DNA from: Hyalangium minutum
GTDB lineage: Bacteria; Myxococcota; Myxococcia; Myxococcales; Myxococcaceae
DNA length: 248,000 bases
NCBI RefSeq assembly: GCF_000737315.1
Contig: NZ_JMCB01000002.1
Location: forward strand, 268,001-516,000
Direction of reading: 5' to 3'
Part shown: piece after piece, positions 10,052 through 20,084 of the stretch
Layout: the number at the start of each line of letters is the position of its first letter
Numbering within the stretch: position 1 is the first letter of the stretch
Notes under the pieces: generated by a model
What the model was told of the DNA's origin: nothing
The model's input: the letters and a program-made list of their open reading frames with translations, nothing else
Database searches by the model: none
Position numbers and translations under genes: made by a program

Positions 10052-11410
10052 TCAGCGGGTGGCGTGCAGGCGAGTGGAAAGCTCCGTGGCTGCCCGCTGC
10101 CCTGACTCCACGGCGCCGTCGATGTAGCCGCAGCCCTCCAGCGCCGTCTCTGTTCCGGCCCAGTGCACGCGGCCGCAGGGAGCGCGCAGGGCATCCCCAA
10201 TCGCCGTGAGGGCACCGGGCCGCGGCAGCCCCACGTAGCAGCCAGTGCTCCAAGGCTCGGCAATCCAGTCGAGGTCCGCGTAGGCGGCGGGTTCGAGGGC
10301 TTGGGGGCCGAAGAAGCGAGCGAAGCTCTCCAGGGCGGCGCGGCGGCGCTCGTCCGTGGGGCGTCCGGTCCAAGCCCGCGCCGTGTCTCCGAGGAAGAAG
10401 CCCACGAGGGCCGGGTGATGCCCTGTTGCGTCCGTGTCATCGAAGCACAGCCGCACGGGGCCTGTGTCGCTCACGGCCTCGCCGGAGAAGCCGGCCTCGC
10501 GCCAGAAGGGGCGGGCATAGGTGGCCACCACCTTGATGACACTGCCCATGGGAAGGTCCGCGTGGGCGCGGCGGCGTGCGGCGGGCAGCTCCGAGCCGAA
10601 GTCCATACGCTCGGCGAGCGCGGGAGGGACCGCCACCACGGCGTACCGGCCGCGCCAGCTTCGTCCGTCTCCGTGCACCACCACGCCCTGGGCCTCCTGG
10701 AGCACGGCGCGCACGGGCGCGGAGAGCACCACGCGCGAGCCGAGGGCCTCGGCGATGCGCAGGGCGATGCTCTGGGCGCCACCTTGGATGCGCTCGGCTT
10801 GGGCGCCGTTCTCGATCTCGGTGAGCGGCATGAGGCCACCGTTGGAGTGGACGTAGAAGAGGAAGTGGAGGAAGGACAGCTCGCTCGGCTCAGCGCCGAA
10901 GATGGCGCGGGTGGCGATGTCCAGTGCGGCGCGCGCTCCCCAGCTCGGTATGTGGCGCTGCTTCCAGGCCTCGAGGGTGAGGGTGTCCCACTCGGCTGCT
11001 TTGGGTGCGGTGTGAGGGCTTTCGAGTGGCACGCGGCGGGCGAGTCCATCCAGCCGCCAGATGTTGCGCTGGAGGTCGAGGAGGCTCAGGAGAGGGAGGG
11101 CGGGCATCTTGCCCCGGTAGGTGCGGCGCTCGCCGCGCACGTCCAGCACCTTGGTGCCGTGGTGGAACTGGGAGAAGCGTCGGAGGCCCAGCTCCTCGAT
11201 CATCCGCAGGACGTGGCGCTGATGGGGGCCGACCCACTGGCCGCCGAGATCCACCACCTCACCACCGACGGGCTGGCTCAGGGTGCGGCCTCCGACGCGC
11301 TCGCGGGCTTCGAGCACGAGGACCGAGGCTCCGGCCCGGGTGAGGGCTCGGGCGGCGGTGAGCCCCGCGACACCCGCACCGATGATGATGACGTCCGCAT
11401 CCGGCTGCAT
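10052..11410 (-). CDS. Flavin monoamine oxidase family
   Basis: GAGVAG, EARERVGGR, DLGGQW, GYIDGAVESG. Confidence 0.9.
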   Translation of the reverse strand: MQPDADVIIIGAGVAGLTAARALTRAGASVLVLEARERVGGRTLSQPVGGEVVDLGGQWVGPHQRHVLRMIEELGLRRFSQFHHGTKVLDVRGERRTYRGKMPALPLLSLLDLQRNIWRLDGLARRVPLESPHTAPKAAEWDTLTLEAWKQRHIPSWGARAALDIATRAIFGAEPSELSFLHFLFYVHSNGGLMPLTEIENGAQAERIQGGAQSIALRIAEALGSRVVLSAPVRAVLQEAQGVVVHGDGRSWRGRYAVVAVPPALAERMDFGSELPAARRRAHADLPMGSVIKVVATYARPFWREAGFSGEAVSDTGPVRLCFDDTDATGHHPALVGFFLGDTARAWTGRPTDERRRAALESFARFFGPQALEPAAYADLDWIAEPWSTGCYVGLPRPGALTAIGDALRAPCGRVHWAGTETALEGCGYIDGAVESGQRAATELSTRLHATR

Positions 11411-11484
11411 TCTGTGGCCTCCGGGGGCGCACTGTAGACGGTGGGCCGGTTGACGGGGGGAACAGGAACTCCTAGGGAGGGGCC

Positions 11485-11976
11485 GTGCAACCCATGGACC
11501 TCATCGACCGGCTGCGGCAGCTGTCACCTGGCGCGGCAAACCTGCTGCTGAGCGCGGCGATTCCGCGGATCATTCCCTCCATTGGTGGGTGGGGCCTCCG
11601 GGTCGAGGAGGTGACGGAGACGCGCGCGCGGTTGTCGGTGCCGCTCAAGCGGCGCACGCGCAACCATGTGAAGGGGCTCTACTTCGGCGTGCAGATGACG
11701 CTGGCGGAGCTGACGGCGGGACTGCTGCTCCTGCGGCGGTTTCCGCCCTCGGAGTACCGCTCGCTCGTGAAGCGGGTGGAGGCGGACTTCAAGGCCCAGG
11801 GGCGGAGCACGGTGTACGCGGTGTGCGAGCCACCGCCGGAGGTGTTCGGAGGGCTGGCGGAGGCGCTGAAGCAGAAGGGCGACAAGGCCGAGGCATGGGT
11901 GCCCGTGACGCTGCTGGCCGAGGATGGCACGGTTGTTACCGAGGTGCGGTTCCTGGACTCGGTGAAGAGGCTCTGA
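11485..11976 (+). CDS. Hotdog-fold thioesterase (DUF4442/YiiD-like)
   Basis: RNHVKGLYFG...AELTAG pattern. Confidence 0.7.
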   Translation: MQPMDLIDRLRQLSPGAANLLLSAAIPRIIPSIGGWGLRVEEVTETRARLSVPLKRRTRNHVKGLYFGVQMTLAELTAGLLLLRRFPPSEYRSLVKRVEADFKAQGRSTVYAVCEPPPEVFGGLAEALKQKGDKAEAWVPVTLLAEDGTVVTEVRFLDSVKRL

Positions 11977-12044
11977 GCCCTGTGCTCTCCACTCCCGAGC
12001 TGGGAGCGTCGCTGTGCCGCAAGGAGCGGTAGGCTCATCACCCT

Positions 12045-12761
12045 ATGATCAGACTCACTGGGCCGTGGCGATGGCTGTGGCTGAGCTGTGCTCTGGTGGC
12101 TTGCGCCACGGTTTCACCGTCTGGAAGCGAGCTTGCGGGCACCGAAGATGAGGGCGTAGCCGTCTCGTTTGGCGAGGCATGCGAGGACGAGAGCAGCCTG
12201 CTGGCGCTATGTGCCGGGAACCAGTGCGGGCTGTATCGGTACCGGGAAGTCATGGAGCACTCAGCAGCGGGGAGGGTGGTGCTCGCCCGGGGCGGAGTGG
12301 CGGTGCTGCTCAACCCGCAGCCAGGAGCCCAGCGCAACTGGGGCAGCGCGCAGGAGTTGCCGCGGGACTCGCGCCCTGTGTTCATCATCCCGTGGAGACA
12401 CAAGCCACCGCTGCTGCCCAGCCAGCAGCAGATGCTGGACGAGGCTGCGAAGGAACGGCGCAAGCCGCACGAGAAGCACCACATCTTTCCGCAGATGTAC
12501 AAGGAGTGGTTTACCGGTAGAGGAATCGACATCGACGAGTACGTCATCCCTCTGGCGGTGGAGAAGCACCGGAGCATCCATCGGGGAGCCAAAGGGGGAC
12601 CCTGGAATGCGGAGTGGGACAAGTTCATCAGAGCTCAACTCATCCCACCACCGAAGGAGGAGATCTACCGGCACGCCGGAAAACTCATCTACGAGTTTGA
12701 GCTGTTCGGTCCGGTGATGCCGTATTGGAAACAACCGCCACCACTACCTCTGGGGTACTGA
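12045..12761 (+). CDS. SitA6/TIGR02269-type polymorphic toxin lipoprotein
   Basis: Lipobox LVAC; Cys pattern; C-terminal EKHHIFPQ...HRSIH...WN (HNH-like). Confidence 0.8.
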   Translation: MIRLTGPWRWLWLSCALVACATVSPSGSELAGTEDEGVAVSFGEACEDESSLLALCAGNQCGLYRYREVMEHSAAGRVVLARGGVAVLLNPQPGAQRNWGSAQELPRDSRPVFIIPWRHKPPLLPSQQQMLDEAAKERRKPHEKHHIFPQMYKEWFTGRGIDIDEYVIPLAVEKHRSIHRGAKGGPWNAEWDKFIRAQLIPPPKEEIYRHAGKLIYEFELFGPVMPYWKQPPPLPLGY

Positions 12762-12767
12762 GAGGTC

Positions 12768-13493
12768 ATGAGATTCTACTTGTTAGAGCCGGTCCCCTCC
12801 CCGCGCTACTCGGGCTACTACTCCTATGGGCACAAGTGGGGTTTGCCCGGCGTGCATTGCCCGGTGTGCCATAGGACCAGTGCATGGACCGGATATGCCT
12901 ATCCCTCGGTGGACCTGTCGCACCTGCCAGCGCATGAGCAGCAGAAGTACTCTGCGCGGGTAGAGGAGGATTATACGGAGTTCGAACGGCTGCTCGAGCA
13001 GGTGCGCCCGTTAGCACCCCCAGGAGTTCCACTCAGACCAGGAACCAAGTTCGGTCCTTTGAATGGCTCTGCCCAGGGGGAGTTTGGCCCGCTTGTCTTG
13101 GCGTTCGCGTGGGAACTGTTGATGAGGCCTGAGCCACTGGCGCGATTGCAGGCGGAGGGTCTGCGGGGGCTGAAGGGATGCCGCGCAGCGCTGCGCTTCC
13201 GCAAGAAGAACCCACCGGAGTTGCTGGAGATGGAACTGCCATCTCTGGGCAAACTTCACCCAGATTGCTTGCCGGAACTATCGCCGCCTTGTCCAAAGTG
13301 TGGATGCTCGCGCGAATCCGTGAAGATGCCGGAGCAGCCCATTCTGGACGCGGCCACGTTGCCGCAAGACTTGGATCTGATCCGGGCCGAGGGGACACTG
13401 ATCATCGGTACCGAGAGCTTCGTGGAGGCAGTCCAGCGCCTAGGCTTCGAGCACGACATCACCTTCCGCGAGCTGCCCGTGCGAGGCGCGTAG
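12768..13493 (+). CDS. SitI6/TIGR02264-type double-CXXCG immunity protein
   Basis: LPGVHCPVC and CPKCG motifs; directly after the toxin. Confidence 0.8.
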   Translation: MRFYLLEPVPSPRYSGYYSYGHKWGLPGVHCPVCHRTSAWTGYAYPSVDLSHLPAHEQQKYSARVEEDYTEFERLLEQVRPLAPPGVPLRPGTKFGPLNGSAQGEFGPLVLAFAWELLMRPEPLARLQAEGLRGLKGCRAALRFRKKNPPELLEMELPSLGKLHPDCLPELSPPCPKCGCSRESVKMPEQPILDAATLPQDLDLIRAEGTLIIGTESFVEAVQRLGFEHDITFRELPVRGA

Positions 13494-13499
13494 AGCCCG

Positions 13500-14258
13500 T
13501 CACCCGGCTCCCAAGGTCAGCACCTCGCAGCCCTCGCGTGTCACGAGGACTGTGTGCTCGAACTGAGCGGAGAGGCTCCCGTCCTCCGTCACCACCGTCC
13601 ACTTGTCCGGCAGGATCCGGATGTCCGGACGCCCCTGGTTCACCATGGGCTCGATGGTGAGCACCATCCCCGAGCGCAGGGTGATACCGGTTCCCCGCTT
13701 GCCCACGTGAGGCACGTGAGGAGGACCGTGCATCTGGCGGCCGATGCCGTGCCCCCCGAACTCGTGCACCACGCTGCAGCCTTCCTTCCGCGCCAGCTCC
13801 TCGATGGCCGCGCCAATGTCCCCCAGCTTCGCGCCATGACGGACCACCGCGATGCCCGCATCCCGGCACCGGCGCGCCACGTCCACCACGTGCCTGGCCT
13901 CCGCAGACACCTCGCCGATGAAGAACGTGGCCGAGGTGTCTCCGTGAAACCCGTTCAGGCACGTCGTCACATCCACGTTGATGATGTCCCCCGGCATGAG
14001 CCGCTCGTCCGCGCGAGGGATTCCGTGGCAGACCACCTGGTTTCGGCTGGTACACACCGTCGCGGGAAACCCGTGGTAGCCCAGCTGGCTGGGCGTTCCC
14101 CCTCGCCGTGCCGTGTCCTCCCGCACCCACGCGTCGATGTCCGCCGTGGAGATGCCGGGCGCCAGACGCGCCGCGACATGTGCCAGTGTCCCGGCTGCTG
14201 CCTGGCCAGCCAGGCGCAAGTGTTCGATCTCGGTCCCTTTGAAGAGCGGAATCCCCAT
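13500..14258 (-). CDS. map: Methionine aminopeptidase type I
   Basis: CHGIP, DIINVD, GHGIG..MH, TIEPM, AQFEHT. Confidence 0.92.
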   Translation of the reverse strand: MGIPLFKGTEIEHLRLAGQAAAGTLAHVAARLAPGISTADIDAWVREDTARRGGTPSQLGYHGFPATVCTSRNQVVCHGIPRADERLMPGDIINVDVTTCLNGFHGDTSATFFIGEVSAEARHVVDVARRCRDAGIAVVRHGAKLGDIGAAIEELARKEGCSVVHEFGGHGIGRQMHGPPHVPHVGKRGTGITLRSGMVLTIEPMVNQGRPDIRILPDKWTVVTEDGSLSAQFEHTVLVTREGCEVLTLGAG

Positions 14259-14346
14259 GGCCGGGCAAGGTGCACGTGCCCCGCCGCAGCGTCCAATGCT
14301 GTCTCGGCATGGAGTCGCCCTCCGCTCCTGAGGTATCCTCTCCGCC

Positions 14347-14622
14347 GTGAGCCTGACGCAGATCCAGTCCTTCGTAGCGGTGGCCGAGGAGGGCCATGTG
14401 GGGCGAGCCGCGCACCGGCTGCACCTCACCCAGCCCCCGCTCAGCCGTCACATCCTCGCGCTCGAAGATGAGCTCGGCGCCCCGCTCTTCGAGCGCACCC
14501 CCCGAGGCATGCGCCTGCTCCCCGCGGGCGAGGCGTTCCTCCAGCACGCGCGCCGGATCCTCTCGGAGGTCGACGCCGCGGTGCACACGGTGAGAGGTGT
14601 CGTTGGCGGGCCCTCGAAGTAG
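14347..14622 (+). CDS. LysR-type HTH-only protein (91 aa)
   Basis: AAHRLHLTQPPLSRHI..LEDELG..LFER; no effector domain. Confidence 0.75.
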   Translation: MSLTQIQSFVAVAEEGHVGRAAHRLHLTQPPLSRHILALEDELGAPLFERTPRGMRLLPAGEAFLQHARRILSEVDAAVHTVRGVVGGPSK

Positions 14623-14643
14623 GGCCTGCACGCGTCCCCAGTC

Positions 14644-15780
14644 TCAGCGCGGCTCTTCCAGCATGAAGTCCGTCACGTCCTTCCACAGCTTCTCGAACTG
14701 AGGCCGCCGGAAGCCCGAGCCCGAGATCAGCCAGTCCACGTGCGGCGGCTGGTGCGTGGGCTGATCGAAGTGCCCAATCGCATCCAGGTGGTCCGCCCGG
14801 ACCGCCCCAATCACCTTGCCGAACACCTGCGAGCGCGTCGGCACCACGCCATCGCACGCCTGGGGCGCCGGTAGCGCTCCATAAGCCTCGATGAGCGCCG
14901 CCGTCTGCTCCGCCGTGTGCAGCGGCGTCTTGTTCAGCGGCATCCGGTGCGTCTGCCCGTACAGGAACGCGTACACGGTGTGGGTGATCTGCGCGTACGG
15001 ATCCAGCCCCGCGGACAGGCGCGTTCGCAGTGAGGGCTGCCGGGCCTGCGTCACCACCGAGCCGTAGCGCACCCCCGGCCGGTCCTCGCAGCCCGCGTTG
15101 AACAGGTCGATCCCCTCCGGGGTGAGCTGCGGAATGAGCGAGGTGTCCTTCCCCACGTCGCCCAGGAAGCGAGACACCGCCTCGCGCCGGTCCGCCGAGA
15201 AGTCCCCCAGCAGCTGATCGAACAGCTGGTCCAAAATCGTCTGCTTCCACCCGAGCTGATCATCCGCCCGCGACAGCAGGTGCCCCAGCCGGAACGCCAC
15301 CTTCAGCGGCAGCCGCCCGAAGCGCAGCACGTACACGGTGAACAGCGACAGCAGCTTCAGGATCTGCTGCCCGAACAGCCCCAGGAAGAAGGACGCCAGC
15401 GGCGTGCCCGCATGCGGCGTGGACACCGTCACCACCGAGCGGACCCGGCGCGCATACGGCTCCAGGTCCAGCCCTTCCCGCAGGGACGCCCCCGGGCTCA
15501 CGAACAGCCGCGCGTCCAGCCCCCCCGTGGAGTGCCCCACCAGGTGCACGGGCCCATCGTCCCCGCTGATGGTCTCCTGCACGCCCCGTAGCAGATCCGC
15601 CGCCCGCTGCCGGATGGAGGCCGTGGGGTGGGAGAGGATGGCCACCACCTCGGCCTCGATTCCCCGCCGGGCGAACTCCGCCTTCAGGAAGTCCCGGACG
15701 TGGCCGAAGTAGACCAGCTCGCCCAGGTTGGTGAAGCCGAAGAACCCCGGAACCAGATAGATGTGGTGCTTCACAGGCAT
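14644..15780 (-). CDS. Lipase/esterase, alpha/beta hydrolase
   Basis: PGFFGF oxyanion region, GHSTGG, TPHAGT, CDGVVP. Confidence 0.85.
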   Translation of the reverse strand: MPVKHHIYLVPGFFGFTNLGELVYFGHVRDFLKAEFARRGIEAEVVAILSHPTASIRQRAADLLRGVQETISGDDGPVHLVGHSTGGLDARLFVSPGASLREGLDLEPYARRVRSVVTVSTPHAGTPLASFFLGLFGQQILKLLSLFTVYVLRFGRLPLKVAFRLGHLLSRADDQLGWKQTILDQLFDQLLGDFSADRREAVSRFLGDVGKDTSLIPQLTPEGIDLFNAGCEDRPGVRYGSVVTQARQPSLRTRLSAGLDPYAQITHTVYAFLYGQTHRMPLNKTPLHTAEQTAALIEAYGALPAPQACDGVVPTRSQVFGKVIGAVRADHLDAIGHFDQPTHQPPHVDWLISGSGFRRPQFEKLWKDVTDFMLEEPR

Positions 15781-15904
15781 TCCCTTCCACCTACCGGCCT
15801 CTTGGCTCCTGACTCAAGCCCATTGCTCGGCCGGCTGCTTATTGACGGGGGCTCCTTCTCGGGAAAGAACGGCCCTTCCTTCATTCACGCAAGGACGCCT
15901 ACAC

Positions 15905-17965
15905 GTGCATCGCTTCCTGCTCGCCCTCGGACTGCTCCTGTGCCTCCCCTCCCGCGCGGAGGAGGGGATGTGGACCTATGACGCCTTTCCCTCCGAGGCC
16001 GTCAAGAAAGCCTACGGCTTCGCCCCGACGCAGGCGTGGCTGGACTCGGTGCGCCTGGGCTCGGTCCGGCTCGCGGGTGGGTGCTCGGCCAGCTTCGTCT
16101 CGCCCAACGGCTTGGTGATGACCAACCACCACTGCATCCGCAGCTGCGTCGAGGACCTGTCCTCCCCCCAGAAGGACCTGCTGGCCACCGGCTTCTTCGC
16201 CCCCGAGTCCCAGTCCGAGCTGCGCTGCCCCAAGGTGGAGGCCAACCAGCTCGTGGAGATGACGGACGTCACCGCGCGGATGAACACCGCGACGAAGGGG
16301 CTCTCGGGCGCGCCGTTCAACACCGCCCTGAAGGCGGAGATGACGAAGGTGGAGACCGAGTGCGCCACCGGCCCAGACGTGCGCTGCGACGTGGTGACGC
16401 TCTACAACGGCGGCAAGTACCACCTCTATAAGTACCGCCGCTTCCAGGACGTGCGCCTGGCCTTCGCGCCCGAGTTCCCCATGGCCAGCTTTGGCGGCGA
16501 CCCGGACAACTTCAACTTCCCCCGCTATGGCTTCGATGTGGCCTTCGTGCGTGTCTGGGAGAACGGCCAGCCGGCCAAGACGCCCCACTACCTGCCGTGG
16601 GCGAAGCAGGGCGTGAAGGAAGGAGAGCTTGTCTTCGTCTCCGGCCATCCCGGTGGCACCGAGCGCAAGGGCAGCGTGGCGGAGCTGGAGTTCCAGCGCG
16701 ACGTGGCGCTGCCTTACACCTTGCTGTACCTCTCGGAGCTGCGCGGCATGCTGCGCGAGTTCTCCCAGGGCTCGCCGGAGCGGCTGCGCATCACCCGCTC
16801 GCACCTGCGCTCGGTGGAGAACGGCCTCAAGGCGCTGCGCGGCCGGCACCAGGCGCTGGCGGATTCGTCGCTGCTGGCGCAGAAGCGCAAGGCGGAGGCG
16901 GAGCTGCGGGCGAAGGTGCTGGCCCACCCGAAGCTGAAGGCCTCCACCGCCGGGGCCTGGGACGAGGTGACGCAGGCGCTCGAGCTCTACCGCCCCCTGC
17001 TGCCCGAGTACCGGCTGAAGGAGGCGGGCGATGGCTTCCAGTCCGAGCTCTTCACCCTCGCCCGCCAGCTGGTGCGCGCCGCCGACGAGCTGCCCAAGCC
17101 CAACGCGGAGCGCCTGCGCGAGTACACCGAGGGGCAGCTCCCCGCCCTGCGCCAGCAACTGCTGCGCGAGGCCCCCATCCCCCAGGACCTGGAGGTGGCC
17201 ACGCTGACCTTCGGCCTCAACCGGCTCCGCGAGACGCTGGGCGCGGACGACTCCTTCGTCAAGGCCGTGCTCGGCCGCGAGTCCCCGGCGGATCTGGCGC
17301 GTGCGCTGGTGACGGGCACGAAGCTGCAGGACGTGAAGGTGCGCCAGTCGCTGCTGGAGGGAGGCAAGGCCGCGGTGGAGGCCTCGCAGGATCCGATGAT
17401 CGTCCTGGCGCGCAAGGTGGACACCGAGGCCCGCGCGGTGCGCAAGCGCTACGAGGACACGGTGGAGGCCGTGCTCAAGCGCAACGGCGAGCGGCTCGCC
17501 CAGGCGCGGCTCGCCGTGTACGGCACCAGCGGCTACCCGGATGCCACCTTCACCCTGCGGCTCAATTACGGCGCGGTGAAGGGCTGGCAGGAGAATGGCC
17601 GCGCCGTGGCGCCCTTCACCACCTTCGGCGGCGCGTGGGAGCGCCACACCGGCAAGGATCCCTTCAAGCTGCCCGACACGTGGCTCGCGGCCCGGGGCAA
17701 GGTGCCGCCGGAGACCCCGCTCGACATGGCCACTACCAACGACATCATCGGCGGCAACTCGGGCTCCCCCATGGTGAACAAGGACGGGCACGTGGTGGGA
17801 CTCATCTTCGACGGAAATCTGCACTCACTCGGAGGACGGTATGCCTACGTGCCGGAGACGAACCGCGCCGTGGCCGTGACGGGCGTGGGAATCCTCGCCG
17901 GGCTCGAGCACCTCTATGGTGCCCAGCGGCTCGTGGAGGAGCTGCGCGCCGCCCAGGCCCCGTGA
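15905..17965 (+). CDS. S46 family dipeptidyl peptidase
   Basis: EEGMW, TNHHC, DIIGGNSGSP. Confidence 0.92.
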   Translation: MHRFLLALGLLLCLPSRAEEGMWTYDAFPSEAVKKAYGFAPTQAWLDSVRLGSVRLAGGCSASFVSPNGLVMTNHHCIRSCVEDLSSPQKDLLATGFFAPESQSELRCPKVEANQLVEMTDVTARMNTATKGLSGAPFNTALKAEMTKVETECATGPDVRCDVVTLYNGGKYHLYKYRRFQDVRLAFAPEFPMASFGGDPDNFNFPRYGFDVAFVRVWENGQPAKTPHYLPWAKQGVKEGELVFVSGHPGGTERKGSVAELEFQRDVALPYTLLYLSELRGMLREFSQGSPERLRITRSHLRSVENGLKALRGRHQALADSSLLAQKRKAEAELRAKVLAHPKLKASTAGAWDEVTQALELYRPLLPEYRLKEAGDGFQSELFTLARQLVRAADELPKPNAERLREYTEGQLPALRQQLLREAPIPQDLEVATLTFGLNRLRETLGADDSFVKAVLGRESPADLARALVTGTKLQDVKVRQSLLEGGKAAVEASQDPMIVLARKVDTEARAVRKRYEDTVEAVLKRNGERLAQARLAVYGTSGYPDATFTLRLNYGAVKGWQENGRAVAPFTTFGGAWERHTGKDPFKLPDTWLAARGKVPPETPLDMATTNDIIGGNSGSPMVNKDGHVVGLIFDGNLHSLGGRYAYVPETNRAVAVTGVGILAGLEHLYGAQRLVEELRAAQAP

Positions 17966-18187
17966 GGGGGCAGCTCCCGTATGGGGGCGTGTCACACACT
18001 TGACGGGTGCTCCGCGCTGGGGGGCAGGGCCGGTGTTTTGTGTGTCAAGCGCAAGACGCAGGGGGTTGTGCGCTGCGTCAATCATGATCAACCCTGATGG
18101 AGCTCAACAGCTCCTGGCCCGGTTGGGAACTACATCTGTTCATGCGCTAACATCTCCGCCCGGTCGCGGGGGGAGGAAGGCTTTGTC

Positions 18188-18790
18188 ATGGTGGAGGAAC
18201 CGCAACCCAAGACCCATAAGGTCGTCGCCCTGATGTTCACGGCGGTGGCGGTGGCTGGTCCGAATGCGCCTCAGGATGAGGTGCTGGAGCAGGAACTGCG
18301 CGAGGAGCATGGCCGGCTCGTCCGGGAGCTGCTGCCCCGTCAGGGCGGACGCGAAGTGAAGATGCTGGAGGATGGCTTCCTGCTCGAGTTCGATCGCGGG
18401 CTGTCCGCCGTGCGCTTCGGGCTGGCCTTGCAGCAGGCTGCGGCCGAGCGCAACCGGCTGGCGTCTCCGGAGCGCCAGCTGGAGCTGCGCATGGGCGCTC
18501 ACCTGGGCCCGGTGATGCACCAAGAGGGAGACGTCTTCGGCGAGGGCGTGAACCTGGCCGCCCGCATCGAGTCGCTCGCCCGGCCTGGCGCCCTCTATGT
18601 CAGCGAGCCGGTGGCCCGTGAGGTGGAAGGTCATCCGTCGACGTACGCCGTGCGGCTGGGGCGCGCCGAGCTCAAGAATATTCGCCTCCCCGTGGCCGTG
18701 TTCCGCGTCGAGCCGCGCGCCCAGAATCCGCGCCCGGCCATCTTCGCCCGCGTCCGCTCGCTCTTCGCTCCGCTGCGTCCAGGGGGTTGA
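18188..18790 (+). CDS. Class III nucleotide cyclase-like protein, probably degenerate
   Basis: LRMGAHLG, DVFGEGVNLAARIE; first metal-binding Asp replaced (MFTAVA). Confidence 0.75.
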   Translation: MVEEPQPKTHKVVALMFTAVAVAGPNAPQDEVLEQELREEHGRLVRELLPRQGGREVKMLEDGFLLEFDRGLSAVRFGLALQQAAAERNRLASPERQLELRMGAHLGPVMHQEGDVFGEGVNLAARIESLARPGALYVSEPVAREVEGHPSTYAVRLGRAELKNIRLPVAVFRVEPRAQNPRPAIFARVRSLFAPLRPGG

Positions 18791-18820
18791 ACGCCCACGC
18801 GCGAGCGGTAGGGTTCGGCC

Positions 18821-19468
18821 ATGTCCGAACTTACGCTCGTCGTTGGCTCGAAGAACTACTCGTCCTGGTCGCTGCGGCCGTACCTCGCGCTGGCCCATAC
18901 TGGCCAGCCCTTCCGCGAGGTGGTGATTGCGCTGGATGAGCCCGATACCGCCGCGAAGATCGCCGAGTACACGCCCAGCGGGCGGGTGCCCGTGCTGCGC
19001 CACGGCGCGCTCTCCATCTGGGACTCACTGGCCATCTGCGAGTACCTGGCGGAGACCTTCCCCCAGGCGAAGCTGTGGCCCGAGGACAAGCAGGCCCGCG
19101 CCATCGCGCGCTCGGTGGTGGCGGAGATGCACTCCAGCTTCTCCAACCTGCGGCAGAACATGACGATGGACATCCGCGCCCGGAAGCCGGGCAAGGGGCG
19201 TGCCCCCGGCGTGGCCGAGGACATCGCTCGCATTCAGGCGCTCTGGAATGACTGCCGCTCGCGCTTTGGCCAGGGCGGGCCGTTCCTCTTCGGGCACTTC
19301 ACCATCGCGGACGCCTTCTATGCTCCCGTCGTCACCCGCTTCGTCACGTATGAGGTGGAGCTGGACGCCGTGGGCCAAGCCTACCGCGACGCCGTGCTGA
19401 ATCTGCCCGCGCTCAAGACGTGGACCGAGGCCGCGCTCAAGGAGCCGCCCGTCAAGCGCTACCTGTAG
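18821..19468 (+). CDS. Glutathione S-transferase family
   Basis: NYSSWSLRP, PSGRVPVL, IWDSLAICEY. Confidence 0.9.
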   Translation: MSELTLVVGSKNYSSWSLRPYLALAHTGQPFREVVIALDEPDTAAKIAEYTPSGRVPVLRHGALSIWDSLAICEYLAETFPQAKLWPEDKQARAIARSVVAEMHSSFSNLRQNMTMDIRARKPGKGRAPGVAEDIARIQALWNDCRSRFGQGGPFLFGHFTIADAFYAPVVTRFVTYEVELDAVGQAYRDAVLNLPALKTWTEAALKEPPVKRYL

Positions 19469-19475
19469 CCGCGCG

Positions 19476-20075
19476 CTACAGCCCGAGCGCCTTCAGTTGC
19501 GCGTCGAAAGCCGGCGCGTCCGTGAAGACGTGGCCGCGGATGCCGAGCGCGTTCGCGGCCTCGACGAACTCGGGCAGGTCATCGAAGAAGGCGGCTTCGT
19601 GGGGCGCGCAGCCCAGGCGCTCCAGGGCGAGCTGGTAGAAGGTGGGCTCCGGCTTCACGTGCCCCTCCTCACAGCTGAGCAGCACTGCGTCGAAGCGCTC
19701 GAGCAGGGGCAGCTGGGGCCGCAGGTACGCCATGTGGAGCTTGTTGGTGTTGGACAGCAGCGCCAGCTTCACCCGCCCCACCAGCCCCTCCACGCGGGGC
19801 AGCACCGACGCGTGCACGGTGAAGTGGCAGTTCCACAGCGGGAAGAACTCCTCCATGGGCACCTCCACCCCGAGCGAGGTGCACACGTCCCGGCGGATGC
19901 CCTCTGCGTCCAGCAAGCCCCGGTTGGCCGCCGTCCAGCCCGCGCCCGTGAGCCGCTGCGCTACCTCCGGTCCCGAGAGCCCCACGCGCTGCCCCAGCCG
20001 CAGGAACAATCGCGCGTTGTCGTGGAACACGAGGACGTTGCCCAGATCGAGGATGATCGCTCGTGGCGGAGTCAT
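19476..20075 (-). CDS. HAD-family phosphatase
   Basis: DLGNVL, LSNTN, KP, FFDD. Confidence 0.88.
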   Translation of the reverse strand: MTPPRAIILDLGNVLVFHDNARLFLRLGQRVGLSGPEVAQRLTGAGWTAANRGLLDAEGIRRDVCTSLGVEVPMEEFFPLWNCHFTVHASVLPRVEGLVGRVKLALLSNTNKLHMAYLRPQLPLLERFDAVLLSCEEGHVKPEPTFYQLALERLGCAPHEAAFFDDLPEFVEAANALGIRGHVFTDAPAFDAQLKALGL

Positions 20076-20084
20076 GGGCCACTT

